Notes: generated by a model not told the origin, from the sequence alone. A stretch of DNA of 28,454 bases from Macrostomum lignano (GCA_002269645.1 NIVC01005018.1:1-28454), one strand, 5' to 3'; positions 1 to 14,069 are shown, counted from the stretch's first letter. Program-made: numbers and translations.

Positions 1-157
1 CTCAATTACGCAGCTAATGCTGCACTCATTTTTACAGCTGGGTGAACTGCAGCAATGCAGTGTCAAGGCTTTTGCTCCAGGACTAAGTGGGGCCGAGAAT
101 CGAACCCCCGACCTTTCAGTCGTGAGTCAAACGCTCTAACACTAGGCTAAAACTTCC
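1..157 (-). mobile_element. Degenerate tRNA-derived SINE-like element (head plus part of body; runs off the window edge)
   Basis: The minus strand reads TAGCCTAGTGTTAG (A-box-like, 149-136), then CTCACGA (Val-CAC-like anticodon loop), GAAAGGTC and GGTTCGATTCTC (B box, 106-95). Acceptor, anticodon and T stems do not pair properly, so it is not a functional tRNA. The downstream body (CCTTGACACT...CACCCAGCTGTAAAAATGAGT) resembles, from memory, central domains of invertebrate SINEs. Confidence 0.6.
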
Positions 158-366
158 ACGGCAAAGTTTATAATTAGCATAGAGTTTTAGATCAGCCAAC
201 TTTGTATAGTCTCAAGTACTACTTGCAGTAGTTGAAACAGAAAATTTCAATAATTGATTACTACCATCCCCCCCTCCCAATTGAATTTTCAGCGCGCGCA
301 GCTGCACCAGCTAAGCAAATTTGACTGTCATCTAAAACTCTAGCAAGCTAATTAGTAACTATGCAG

Positions 367-859
367 GCCAGGCGGCCGATCTCACGGCTCGTTCTCCAAT
401 CCCTACTTCATCCAGAAGCAGCAGCTGCAGGCTAGCAATGCCGCTCGCGACCTGGAGCACCTGTGCCGGCTGGACATCGACCTGGACCCCGCCTACGTGC
501 GCAACCTGGCATTATCTGCACAATCGGGCCGGCCTGCAAGTCCGTGCCGTCCTGCACAAGATGATCGCAGCCGCATGAACATCGCCCGCATGAACTTCTC
601 TCACGGCACGCACGAATACCACAAGGAGACTGTTGAGCTGGTGGCGCCAGGCCGCCGATACGTTCAAAGGCTGGAGCCGGCCCGTGGCCATCGCTCTGGA
701 CACCAAGGGCCGGAGATTCGCACCGGCCTTATCGGCGGCTCAGGGACGGCCGAGGTCGAGCTGAAACGTGGCAGCGAGATTGTGGTTACTACGGATCCGC
801 GCCACTCTGAGAACTGCTCTGCCGACATGCTCTGGGTTGACTATCCCAATATTGTCAAG
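367..859 (+). CDS. PK: Pyruvate kinase, first visible exon (contains 5 single-base indels)
   Basis: After frame correction it reads ...[23 protein letters not shown]...VRN(T)[20 protein letters not shown](G)[16 protein letters not shown]...VAIALDTKG(P)[20 protein letters not shown]...WVDYPNIVK, the canonical PK N-terminal and A/B domain motifs. Probable acceptor ATGCAG| at 366 and donor AAG|GTAGTT at 860. The 5' boundary and start codon are uncertain. Confidence 0.85.
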
Positions 860-960
860 GTAGTTGCTTCATGAATTTTTCGAACTGAGAGTTACAAAGT
901 TAAAAAGACGTTTCATACACCCTGATGAGAATCTCAATTATAGAGCTAAGCATTACAATT

Positions 961-3000
961 GTGTAACCCAGAATCCCAGCTGATTCTCCCAGAATCCCAA
1001 CTGATTATTCCAGAATCCCAGCTGATTATTCCAGAATCCAGCTGATTCAGAATCCCAACTGATTATCTCAGAATCCCAGCTGATTATTTCAGAATCCCAA
1101 CTGATTATTCCAGAATCCCAACTGATTATCTCAGAATCCCAACTAATTATTTCAGAATCCCAACTGATTATTTCAGTAACTAGCTGATTATTTCAGAATC
1201 CCAACTGATTATTCCAGAATCCCAACTGATTATCTCAGAATCCCAGCTGATTATTCCAGAATCCCAACTGACGCTCTCAGAATCCCAGCTGATTATCTCA
1301 GAATCCCAACTGATTATCTCAGAATCCCAGCTGATTATCTCAGAATCCCAGCTGATTATTCCAGAATCCCAGCTGATTATTCCAGAATCCCAGCTGATTA
1401 TTCCAGAATCCCCACTGATTATTTCAGAATCCCAACTGATTATTCCAGAATCCCAGCTGATTATCTCAGAATCCCAGCTGATTATTCCAGAATCCCAGCT
1501 GATTCTCCAGAATCCCAGCTGATTCTCCCAGAATTCCAACTGATTATTCCAGAATCCCAACTGATTATTCCAGAATCCCAGCTGATTATCTCAGAATCCC
1601 AGCTGATTATTCCAGAATCCCAACTGATTATTCCAGAATCCCAGCTGATTATTTCAGAATCCCAACTGATTATTCCAGAATCCCAACTGATTATCTCAGA
1701 ATCCAGCTGATTATTCCAGAATCCCAACTGATTATCTCAGAATCCCAGCTGATTATTTCAGAATCCCAACTGATTATCTCAGAATCCCAGCTGATTATTC
1801 CAGAATCCCAACTGATTATCTCAGAATCCCAGCTGATTATTTCAGAATCCCAACTGATTATTCCAGAATCCCAGCTGATTATTTCAGAATCCCAACTGAT
1901 TATTCCAGAATCCCAACTGATTATCTCAGAATCCCAGCTGATTATTCCAGAATCCCAGCTGATTATTTCAGAATCCCAACTGATTATTTCAGAATCCCAA
2001 CTGATTATTCCAGAATCCCAACTGATTATCTCAGAATCCCAGCTGATTATTCCAGAATCCCAACTGATTATCTCAGAATCCCAGCTGATTATTTCAGAAT
2101 CCCAACTGATTATTCCAGAATCCCAACTGATTATCTCAGAATCCCAGCTGATTATTCCAGAATCCCAACTGATTATCTCAGAATCCCAGCTGATTATTTC
2201 AGAATCCCAACTGATTATCTTAGAATCCCAGCTGATTATTCCAGAATCCCAACTGATTATCTCAGAATCCCAGCTGATTATTTCAGAATCCCAACTGATT
2301 ATTCCAGAATCCCAACTGATTATCTCAGAATCCCAACTGATTATTTCAGAATCCCAACTGATTATTCCAGAATCCCAACTGATTATCTCAGAATCCCAGC
2401 TGATTATTCCAGAATCCCAACTGATTATATCAGAATCCCAGCTGATTATTTCAGAATCCCAACTGATTATTTCAGAATCCCAACTGATTATTCCAGAATC
2501 CCAACTGATTATCTCAGAATCCCAGCTGATTATTCCAGAATCCCAACTGACGCTCTCAGAATCCCAGCTGATTATCTCAGAATCCCAGCTGATTATTCCA
2601 GAATCCCAACTGTTATACCAGAATCCCAGCTAATTATTCCAGAATCCCAACTGGTTATCTCAGAATCCCAGCTGATTATTCCAGAATCCCAACTGACGCT
2701 CTCAGAATCCCAGCTGATTATCTCAGAATCCCAGCTGATTCTTCCAGAATCCCAGCTGATTATCTCAGAATCCCAGCTGATTCTTCCAGAATCCCAACTG
2801 ATTATACCAGAATCCCAGCTAATTATTCCAGAATCCCAACTGATTATTTCAGAATCCCAACTGATTATTCCAGAATCCCAACTGATTATCTCAGAATCCG
2901 AACTGATTATTCCAGAATCCCAACTGATTATCTCAGAATCCCAGCTGATTATTCCAGAATCCCAACTGCGTAACCCAGAATCCCAACTGCGAAGCTAAGA
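961..3000. repeat. 21-bp minisatellite (CAGAATCCCA[A/G]CTGATTAT[T/C][C/T]), about 97 copies, in PK intron 860-3166
   Basis: Direct inspection: 21-bp period with homogeneous core and degenerate ends. It generates the WDSGIIS-type artefact ORFs on the minus strand. Confidence 0.97.
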
Positions 3001-3166
3001 ATCCCTATTGCGTGATATTGAAGCTAATCGATGATTCTTTGTACTCCAGTCTAATTAAAAATGTAGATTTATAGTCCCAGCAATCTGGAATCGACAGACC
3101 CTTTAATATAAATCTGTCAGTGCCCAAGCAGACCAGTTACTGGTGCATCTCTCGTCAACTCTACAG

Positions 3167-3423
3167 GTGGTGCGCGAGGGCGGCCGGGTGTTCGTTGACG
3201 ACGGCCTGATCAGCCTGCTAGTAAAAGAGGTGCGCGACAACAGCCTGCTGTGCGAGGTTGAGAACGGCGGCAACCTGGGCTCTAAGAAAGGCGTCAACTT
3301 GCCCGGCGCCCCTGTTGACCTGCCGGCCGTGTCCGAGAAGGACAAATCCGACCTGCGCTTCGCTGTGGAGATGGGCCTGGACATTGTCTTTGCCTCGTTT
3401 ATTCGCAATGCCGAAGCTATCAG
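3167..3423 (+). CDS. PK: Pyruvate kinase exon
   Basis: CTACAG|GTG GTG CGC... gives [17 protein letters not shown]...[48 protein letters not shown]; donor AG|GTGAGC at 3424 (phase 2). Confidence 0.96.
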
Positions 3424-3464
3424 GTGAGCCGCTATGCTTTCCGCTGGTTTAGTCTGACATTGGA

Positions 3465-3955
3465 ATCACATCCTCACATCTAGTGATCCCATCCTCACAT
3501 CTAGTGATCCCACCCTGACATCTAGTGATCCCATCCTCACATCTAGTGATCCCATCCTCACATCTAGTGATCCCATCCTCACATCTAGTGATCCCATCCT
3601 CACATCTAGTGATCCCATCCTCACATCTAGTATCCCATCCTCACATCTAGTAATCCAATCCTCACTTCTAGTGATCCCATCCTCACATCTAGTGATCCCA
3701 TCCTCACATCTAGTGATCCCATCCTCACATCTAGTGATCCCATCCTCACATCTAGTGATCCCATCCTCACATCTAGTGATCCCATCCCGACATCTTGTAA
3801 TCCCACCCTGACATCCAGTGATTCCAACTAGACATCTAGTGATTCCACCCTGACATCTAGTGATCCCACCCTGACATCTAATGATCCCACCCTGACATCT
3901 AGTGATCCCATCCTCACATCTAGGGATCCAATCCTCACATCTAGTGATCCCATTC
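3465..3955. repeat. 21-bp minisatellite (CATCTAGTGATCCCATCCTCA), about 23 copies, in PK intron 3424-3989
   Basis: Direct inspection; it fills most of the 566-bp intron. Confidence 0.96.
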
Positions 3956-3966
3956 CTGTTTCCTAA

Positions 3967-4182
<216 letters not shown>

Positions 4183-4369
4183 TAATTAGTTATGCTAATT
4201 GAATTGCGACTAAATAAATGAATCTGACTGATTTAAGTCAATAGCGTTCAAGGATTTCGTGCATTATGAGTCCTCAATCCCAAAAGTCGAGCGATTGAGT
4301 CTATATATTGAACTGGATCTGTTTAAATTCAGCAAGTCTTTAGTTGTCTGAGCCTCATGGTCCAAAGTC

Positions 4370-5771
<1,402 letters not shown>

Positions 5772-5869
5772 TAAAACAACATAGCAGCCGCATAGTAAGT
5801 TAGAAACTTCATAGAAACACCTTAGCGACAGCATTAAAACTACATTAAGAACTTTTTTAAGACTTTAGC

Positions 5870-6120
5870 AACACCATAGCAACAGCAGTAATGTTTCAGC
5901 AACGCGGCAATGCTTTAGCAACACCATAGCAACCGCAGCAATGCTTTAGCAACTCCATGACAACCGCAGCAATGCTTTAGCAGCTCCATGACAACCGCAG
6001 CAATGCTTTAGCAACTCCATGACAACCGCAGCAATGCTTTAGCAACTCCATGACAACCGCAGCAATGCCTTAGCAACACCATGACAACCGCAGCAATGCT
6101 TTAGCAGCTCTATATTAACA
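5870..6120. repeat. 31-bp minisatellite (CAACTCCATGACAACCGCAGCAATGCTTTAG), about 6 good copies plus degenerate flanks, in PK intron 5746-6281
   Basis: Direct inspection. The flanks also share a 15-bp direct repeat ATAGAAACACCTTAG at 5811 and 6193. Confidence 0.9.
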
Positions 6121-6229
6121 GCAGCCAAGACTTTAACAGCATCATAGTCATAGAAACTACACTAGTAACTGCATAGCAAAGCCTCTAGCACTATAGAAAC
6201 ACCTTAGTAACGACACAACATATCCTTAG

Positions 6230-6505
<276 letters not shown>

Positions 6506-7423
6506 GCAGCTTTCGAAATTGCTGGATGCCGAAGGATTTTGTGATTTCGGAAAGTAAAACTGAAACTAAATCGATTAGTTTTCTTAGTGTCTCGTGTGCT
6601 CGCTTTGTTTTTGAGTTATATATAACCTTTAAACTGGCGGCTTTGCTAAATTTAGTTTTCTCTCACTTTGATTTAATCACGGATGCTAGAGTAACTAGAT
6701 GGGCCACTCAACACGTTTGCGTGCAAGCTACTTTCAATTCAGTAGTAAGTTAAACAGAAGCATTTTTATGTATTTTTAAAGCCAAGGCTCAATTATTAGC
6801 TCTTACAGTAAACCCTCCAACCGCGCCTTTCCACACTACCCCCTCGCCCCGCCCCAATTTTATTGCCTTTCTCGGAATTCCAGCCTAAAGCTGCTATGTA
6901 CATTTCATTGGACTGGCTAATGTACATTACTGCTGAACCAATTAGCAAGCTGTTTACGCCTGCAAGCTTGGGCTTCTAAACTTATCAAAGTTATTTCAGC
7001 TGCCTTTATTTTTATAAAATAGCTTATGTATTCTTTTTTGCTACTGAACTGAAAGTAGAAAGCTGTTTTACCAAGTATATATGCCTGAGTGGCCCATCTA
7101 GTTATTTTAGAACCTGTGGGATTAACAAAGCGCCATTAACGAACAGCTCTGAGTATATCTACTATTTAATGTTAGTTTTTTGTCCCGCAGACTTTTATTA
7201 TTTGTAGTGAATATTTGTCTGTATCGAAGTTTTCACCCTTCATGCCCACCTTGTATGTTAGATTTTTTGTCCAGTCGTTTTTCTGTAATATTTATTTTTA
7301 CTACTGCTGCGCTTTTAGCAGAGTAGTGTGAAACGCATATTTTTCTACGAGGCGGTTTTTCAGCATCAGTAGGCTGGGCGGATTCTGTCACACCATCATA
7401 GCCATGCATGCATTAATATTAGT

Positions 7424-7425
7424 TA

Positions 7426-7456
<31 letters not shown>
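7424..7456. repeat. (ATT)n microsatellite downstream of PK
   Basis: Run of about 10 ATT units. Confidence 0.85.
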
Positions 7457-7904
7457 GTTTCCATCTGCGCTTTTTGCCGTCACATAAGCCCAGCTTATTT
7501 AGTCATCGCAGGCCCAAATTTGATACTATAATAACTACTCAGTAGCCAGATTGATGATAAAATTGTAGATACTCATTTCTCACATTCGTTTTCGTCCTCT
7601 TTTGAAATTAGTTTTTCCCTATAACCCATATTCGTTCTTGCGTCATCCTCCCCGACTACCTGCTCTGGTGGGAAAATTTTTATTTATGCACAATTAATTA
7701 ACTTTGATAATCACTGATAATTAGGAGTAGAATAAATAAATAATAGTGCAGTGTGTCTGCACTCTACCCAGATTTTTTTAGTTCTTAACACCTGCAGCTG
7801 CAGATCTATCTACCCTCTTACTATTGCAAATTCTACCTGTGTTGCTCTTGTTTTCTACTTGATTTCATGTTCTTCACTGTCTATTTACCTACTGCATTGA
7901 GTGG

Positions 7905-9070
7905 CAGCCCACTGATCGATACACTGGGCAGAGTGCCAGCCCACTGACACACTGGGCAGAGTGCCAGCCCACTGATACACTGGGCAGAGTGCCAGCCCAC
8001 TGACACACTGGGCAGAGTGCCAGCCCACTGATACACTGGGCAGAGTGCCAGCCCACTGATCGATACACTGGGCAGAGTGCCAGCCCACTGACACACTGGG
8101 CAGAGTGCCAGCCCACTGATACACTGGGCAGAGTGCCAGCCCACTGATACACTGGGCAGAGTGCCAGTCCACTGATCGATACACTGGGCAGAGTGCCAGC
8201 CCACTAACACACTGGGCAGAGTGCCAGCCCACTGATACACTGGGCAGAGTGGCAGCCCACTGATTCACTGGGTAAAGTGGCAACCCACTGATACGCTGGG
8301 CAGAGTGCCAGCCCACTGATACACTGGGCAGAGTGCCAGCCCACTGATACACTGGGCAGAGTGCCAGCCCACTGATACACTGGGCAGAGTGCCAGTCCAC
8401 TGATCGATACACTGGGCAGAGTGCCAGCCCACTGACACACTGGGCAGAGTGCCAGCCCACTGATACACTGGGCAGAGTGCCAGCCCACTGATACACTGGG
8501 CAGAGTGGCAGCCCACTAATACACTGGGCAGAGTGGCAGCCCACTGATACGCTGGGCAGAGTGCCAGCCCACTGATACACTGGGCAGAGTGCCAGCCCAC
8601 TGATACACTGGGCAGAGTGCCAGTCCACTGATCGATACACTGGGCAGAGTGCCAGCCCACTGACACACTGGGCAGAGTGCCAGCCCACTGATACACTGGG
8701 CAGAGTGGCAGCCCACTGATACACTGGGCAGAGTGGCAGCCCACTAATACACTGGGCAGAGTGGCAGCCCACTGATACGCTGGGCAGAGTGCCAGCCCAC
8801 TGATACACTGGGCAGAGTGCCAGCCCACTGATACACTGGGCAGAGTGCCAGTCCACTGATCGATACACTGGGCAGAGTGCCAGCCCACTGACACACTGGG
8901 CAGAGTGCAGCCCACTGATACACTGGGCAGAGTGGCAGCCCACTGATACACTGGCAGAGTGGCAGCCACTAATACACTGGGCAGAGTGGCAGCCCACTGA
9001 TACGCTGGCAGAGTGCCAGCCCACTGATTCACTGGGCAAGTGGCAGCCTACTGATACACTGGCAGAGTGG
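7905..9070. repeat. 28-bp minisatellite (CCCACTGATACACTGGGCAGAGTGCCAG), about 41 copies with a 228-bp higher-order period, between the convergent PK and Schnurri genes
   Basis: Direct inspection. A 32-bp variant (GTCCACTGATCGAT) recurs at 8167, 8395, 8623 and 8851. Confidence 0.96.
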
Positions 9071-10410
9071 CAGCTTCAGGCCAATGCCAGCACGCCCTAT
9101 CCCCAGAGTTGCTGCAGCACTATGCCACAGGCTACAGAGAGCTACATGTGGTACTACAAAAATTCAAGATCGAACACCAAAAACGTGAGAGCTGCGCAGT
9201 ATCGCTTGGCCCCATTTTAGGTTATAAATTTAGCACGGCTGAATCTCAGCTGCAATTTGCATAGTCTAAATCGGTGCGGAGGACCGCCTTACTAACATTT
9301 CTTCTCTACTGGAATCGCTAGTTAGTTTCACGTATTTTTAGCAACCTGCAGCGCCAAGTTTGTGCGGCTGTGCGAATCGATTTCGCCGGAACAGCAGCAT
9401 AGTGTCTCGCACCTCTTCAATTCAGGTGTTCCATTATTTAATTAGGTTCCGAAAATCCCCATCTACTGAATTTACCCTGAGGCACAGGAACAGAGCCTGA
9501 CGAACAGTTCGTTCTGCTTAAAAAGCATAATTATATTTTAATTTTTAACAAACAAATCATTCGCAGGCGGTGGCTATAATCCTTAACTGGATAAACAAGA
9601 GATAAGCAATATAATGTGTTGCGCCAGGTTCTCATGGGACATTGGGATGACGGAGGAGCAATGTTATTCAATCAGAGCTGCCAGTGCAATGCCATCATCT
9701 CGTATATCGAGAGAAACTGTTATTATTTGCCTAGCAATATTCATTTTTGTTTTGACAACACCGACGCTTTATAAACCTGTTACTGGGGATCTGCACACGC
9801 GTGGAATATAATATTATTTAGCAAATAATGAAGCAAACAATGCCGCTTAAGACATGCTTGGGCGTTTACGGCACCCCGAGAATGTAACGCGATTATTAAA
9901 AGTACACAAAGTACGCGCAAACAAAATGATAACAGTGAGGCACGTTCGGACGGGCGGGCGGACGAAAGAAAGCAATCAAAGAGTAAATATAATATAGAGT
10001 TAATTTATCGTTTAGCACTGAGCGAGCGGCGGACAACTAATTATTATAGTAGGGGTAAATACAGCGCTGGGAGCTCTGTCTGTATGTCTGTCAAAATAGT
10101 GAAAAAATAGCGCTGTCCAAAAACTTCAATTCACTGAAATGTACCGTGCTGGCCTAGACATCAATTAACAATAGATAATAAAAGACAGGTGAGTGCGGTC
10201 ACTAAAAAAATAACAAGCCTGACTGACGCAGGTACTCCGGTAGGGGAAGGGGGACTGGGCGGCATCTCAAACAAGAGTGACGAGCTAACCATTTTTTACA
10301 CAACAGCGAAGGCACGACAAGTCGACAAATTAGTAGACAAGTCGAGATGCCTGCGTTGAACAAGTTTGTCTGCAGAGCGGCAGCAGAGGTAGAGAAGTGT
10401 GCATCAGCGG

Positions 10411-11393
10411 TCACTTGCTGCCGATCTTGCCCAGCTGCTGGCTGTCCGACTCTTCCTGGTCGGAGTCGTCTAGGTCAATCGAACGGGTCGCCGCCGCTGC
10501 TACCACAGCGGCTGGCACCGCGGCGGCGGCGGCGGCTACGCTTGAGACGGCTGGACCAGCTGATGAAGCTACGGAGGCTGCGCCGCCGACGACCTCCCCG
10601 CTATCCTGATCAACAACCTCGCTGAGGTTCAGGCGGCCGGCCTCGATGGCTTGGTAGGTGGCCTCGGCCATCTTGCCGGCCGTCAGCAGGCCCTTGGCGT
10701 GCTGCTTGGACCGGAAGTGCTTTGCCAGGTGGCCCGGCACCCGGAAGTTGCGCGGGCACACCAGGCAGGCGAACGGGCGCGGATTGTCGCTGATGTCGCC
10801 GATGCCGGGCGCGGCCGAGTCGGCGACCGAAGCGGTGGCCACCTCGGCTGCCAGAGCGCCAGTATCGCTGGCGAACTGGTGCGTCTTCAGGTGCAGCGAC
10901 AGCTGGCTGGGCTGGTCGAAGGTGCACTTGCACACCGGGCACTGCGGCCGGCCGCCCGTGGACGTCACGGCTGTGGCTGCCGCGGTGGCCGCTGCTACTG
11001 CGGCGGCTGCGGCGGTGGCGGCGGCGTCGCCGGCAACACTGCTGATACCGACGGCGGCCGAGGTGGCGGCCTGGCTGCTGCTGGCGTGCGCGGGCCGGTC
11101 ATTCTGCAGGCTGGCCATCGGGTCCGAGGCGGCATCTCCGGCCGCTTCCTCGTTATCGTCCTCGTCGGCGTCTTCGACGGATTGACGCGATGACGAACCG
11201 GCGGTGGCGGATTCGTTGGCGGCGTCAGCAGCCGCGTTGGCACCGTCCCGAGCTGGCGAAGCTCTGCGACCGTCGGGTCCGCCCGCCCCGTTGGCTCCGT
11301 TGGCATCGTCGAAGCGGATCTTCCTCAGCTTGTCCGGGATGGCCGACGCAGTGGAGGCGGCCGCTTTGTCCGCCAGCTGCAGCTGCGTCTTGC
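10411..11393 (-). CDS. shn: Schnurri/HIVEP-like zinc-finger protein, last exon (two C-terminal C2H2 fingers)
   Basis: Acceptor CATCCGCAG|GC (phase 1); the frame is open to TGA at 10411. Fingers: CPVCKCTFDQPSQLSLHLKTH (10941-10879) and RPFACLVCPRNFRVPGHLAKHFRSKQH (10767-10699). The acceptor position is inferred from phase. Confidence 0.85.
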
Positions 11394-11581
11394 CTGCGGA
11401 TGATGGCGAATGCTGGCTAGTGAACTTCTTGGTGGGATGAATCTACTTTTTACCTAGTTAATTTTCAATGGGAAATCGCAGCAAAAATTGAAACGTGCTG
11501 AGCTATTCTCAGTCCTGCGACATGACCCATGCTGGGGATCCGGGATCAAGGCCCTCGAGGTGTCAAGGGGGATCAACTGAC

Positions 11582-12197
11582 CTCCCCCCACAAACGGACC
11601 CGCCGCTTGCATCTGACTCTCCGCAGCCTGACCTGAGCTGAGGTTGAGCGGCCGATCCTGCACCAGCAGCGACACGTTGACGTTGGGCGGCACCAGGCCG
11701 GAGGAGGTCGCTGAAGATTCGATGGAGGTGGCGGCAGAGGCGGCGGCATCGGTTGTAGCCGAAGACGTGGAGTCCAGCAGCTTCTTGACATCCTGGGAGG
11801 ACTTGTTCAAATGCGACAGCAGAGCGGCGGCGTCGCTGCCGGGGTTGCCGGCGGTCGATTTCTCCTCTTGTCGGCGGCGCTCGGCAGCGGTGATCTGGTT
11901 GAGGTTGTGTTGCACCTTGTCCTTCAGCGACTTGTTGTACGTAGACACCATCTGCTTGGCGGACGTCTCCACGCTGTCGTCCACTGCGACTTCGGCGGCA
12001 GCTGAGGCCGAGTCATCCTCGTCGCCGGAATCGTCCCCGTCTGGCACGCCCTCGTCATCGTTCAAGTCCTCCTCGTTCAGCTGGCCCTCCTTGATAAGCT
12101 TCTGCTGCGCTTTCAGGGCCGCCTGGTCCACCTGGCTGTTCTCCTCGATCTCGGTGGGCACGGAGTCCTTGCTCATGCCGAGGTTCAGGCAGCGAAT
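11582..12197 (-). CDS. shn: Schnurri/HIVEP-like protein exon (acidic region, PLNLS motif)
   Basis: Acceptor ACCGACAG|ATT gives IRCLNLGMSKDSV, continuing KSKQHM from the previous exon as in the HIVEP post-finger motif. Donor probably G|GTCAGT (exon end 11582); alternative G|GTCAGG (exon end 11633), same phase. Confidence 0.8.
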
Positions 12198-12269
12198 CTG
12201 TCGGTGGGTTTTGGGGGTTTTGCCGCTGAAATGAACTCAGGATCTAGTTCTAACACAAGGTTTGTCTGG

Positions 12270-12455
12270 AAGGGATCTGCATCCCATCCTAACATCTCTG
12301 ATCCCATCCTGATCCGGGATCTGAATCCCATCCTAACAGAACATCTCTGATCCCCATCCTGATCCGGGATCTGCATCTCATCCTAACATCTCTGATCCCC
12401 ATCCTGATCCGGGATCTGCATTCTATCCCAACATCTCCGATCCCCATCCTGATCT
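12270..12455. repeat. About 45-bp degenerate tandem repeat (GGGATCTGCATCCCATCCTAACATCTCTGATCCCATCCTGATCC), about 4 copies, in Schnurri intron 12198-13133
   Basis: GGGATCTG recurs at 12272, 12316, 12366 and 12411. Confidence 0.88.
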
Positions 12456-13133
12456 GTGATCCAAAAATACCGGATGTTATTTTTGCGCACAATTAATTCT
12501 ATCACCAAATAAAAGTACTAATCAAAGAACTGCTAAAGGCAGACAGGCAGCAAACAGTGCAATTCTATGCACACAGCGTGGGCGTGACATCAGAATTTCA
12601 GATCCTTGATTTTAGGCCGGTCGGGCGATAAGCAAGATGGGCAACGTTTGCTAAATTAATTTTTTTATCCTGGTGCAGGTGAGAAAATGTCGATGAGCTT
12701 CATAACTTCTCTCAACTCAAGCCTGGCCGCATCCGTGATTTACCTCCATCTAGTCTGCTAGTCATCGAATCGAGTTCATGCAGCGCAAACTTTGTATTTT
12801 AGCCAGATTGGAATCGCTGCTCTTTTCGGCACGTCTGCCAGCTTCTTTTATTAATAATTCAGGTAGACAGGCGCACTTTATTTCGAAGGCTGTTGGAGAA
12901 ATCCGTGATATTCACTAATTAAAAGGCATCTCGTGCGGAGACGGACTTAAAGGAAAATAAAGGGCACTGTGATCTTTTTGTGCAACTTGTAACTTCCTAT
13001 CATAAGACCAAAAAGGCGGCAAATTTCTTTGGGATTTCAGCGTTCAATCAAATCGAGCCTCTCTGGGGTACCAAAATCCTATTGACTAATGGGAAACAAT
13101 AGGATACAATAAAAAAAGAAGCTTAGCGCGCAC

Positions 13134-13996
13134 CATATGCTGCTTGGACTTCATATGCTTGGTCAGATTCCCTTTGGTTTTAAAGGAGAACTTGCAGTGC
13201 CGGCACAGGAACGGGCGAATCTCGGCGTGCGTCCTGATGTGCTTTCTCAGCATGCTGGGCTTCGTGCAGCGGATGCCGCACATCTCGCACTTGTACTTGC
13301 CCCGGCCGCGGCCTCTCACGTACACCTCGCCTTCGTTCGGCGACAGCAGGCCGCCTTTGAAGATTCGAACCTCGGCGTGCGGCTTCGAGGCTGTGGTTGA
13401 AGTGGTACTGACAACAGCGCCGGCTGACGCGGAACTGGACGTCGGCAAGGTGGCGATGAGGCTGTGGGCGGCCGACTGCGGCTGCTGCACCTGGCTCGAC
13501 ATGTTAACCAGGCCGACAACGCTGACGCCGCTACTTGGTACAACAGCCGGCGAGGACAGGCTGGCGGTAGTGCAGCAGTAGGTTTCATCGGTGGTGAAGC
13601 GCAACCTGGCTTGCTGCTCCTGCTGCTGCTGCTGCTGCTCGCCAAAGTCTGTACGCTGCTTCTTCACCGTACCGTTGCCGATGCCATTCTCCTCCTCGGC
13701 CTGTTTGTCCGAGCTGAGCGACCGTTTGAGTATGTGACTCTTGAGAATAGCTTTCACGCCTCCGCTAGGCGGCCTGTCGCAGTCCAGGCTGAGCGCCTGC
13801 CTGAACTGACCGTGCGGCGGCGGTGACTCCAAATCAACTGAGCTGCTCTTGCCCAGCAGTTCCAGCTTTGGCGGCTTCCGCTTCTGCTGGCTGCCGGCAC
13901 CGCCGCCGCCGCCCGATGCACCGCCTAAATCGAGGGACTTGGACAGAAGCAGCGGCTTGCCAACAGTCGACCGCGGCGCTATGAAGGTCGGCTCGC
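13134..13996 (-). CDS. shn: Schnurri/HIVEP-like protein exon with the second ZAS-type zinc-finger pair
   Basis: [73 protein letters not shown] is the HIVEP/Schnurri hallmark. Acceptor TCTCTCTAACAG|GC; donor ATG|GTGCGC. Confidence 0.95.
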
Positions 13997-14069
13997 CTGT
14001 TAGAGAGAGAAATCAAGGCGATCTGAAAACTTTCGATTTTAACGTCTTAATCACTAATATTGCTCTTAC

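Noticed and set aside
905-945. CTGATGAG next to GACGTTTC as a possible hammerhead ribozyme
   Set aside because: The CUGAUGA and GAAA core elements are not in the required order on the same strand, and no stem II/III geometry forms.
1180-1727. WDSGIIS repeat ORFs
   Set aside because: Antisense translation of the 21-bp intronic array.
7881-9039. ORFs up to 384 aa rich in C/W/S (QWAGTLPSVSVG)
   Set aside because: Translations of the 28-bp array in several frames; no splice or codon evidence.
11443-11455. Alternative acceptors for the last Schnurri exon at 11443 and 11454
   Set aside because: 11454 leads to an immediate in-frame TAG; 11443 needs a phase-0 donor that the upstream exon lacks in good context; both have purine-rich upstream tracts.
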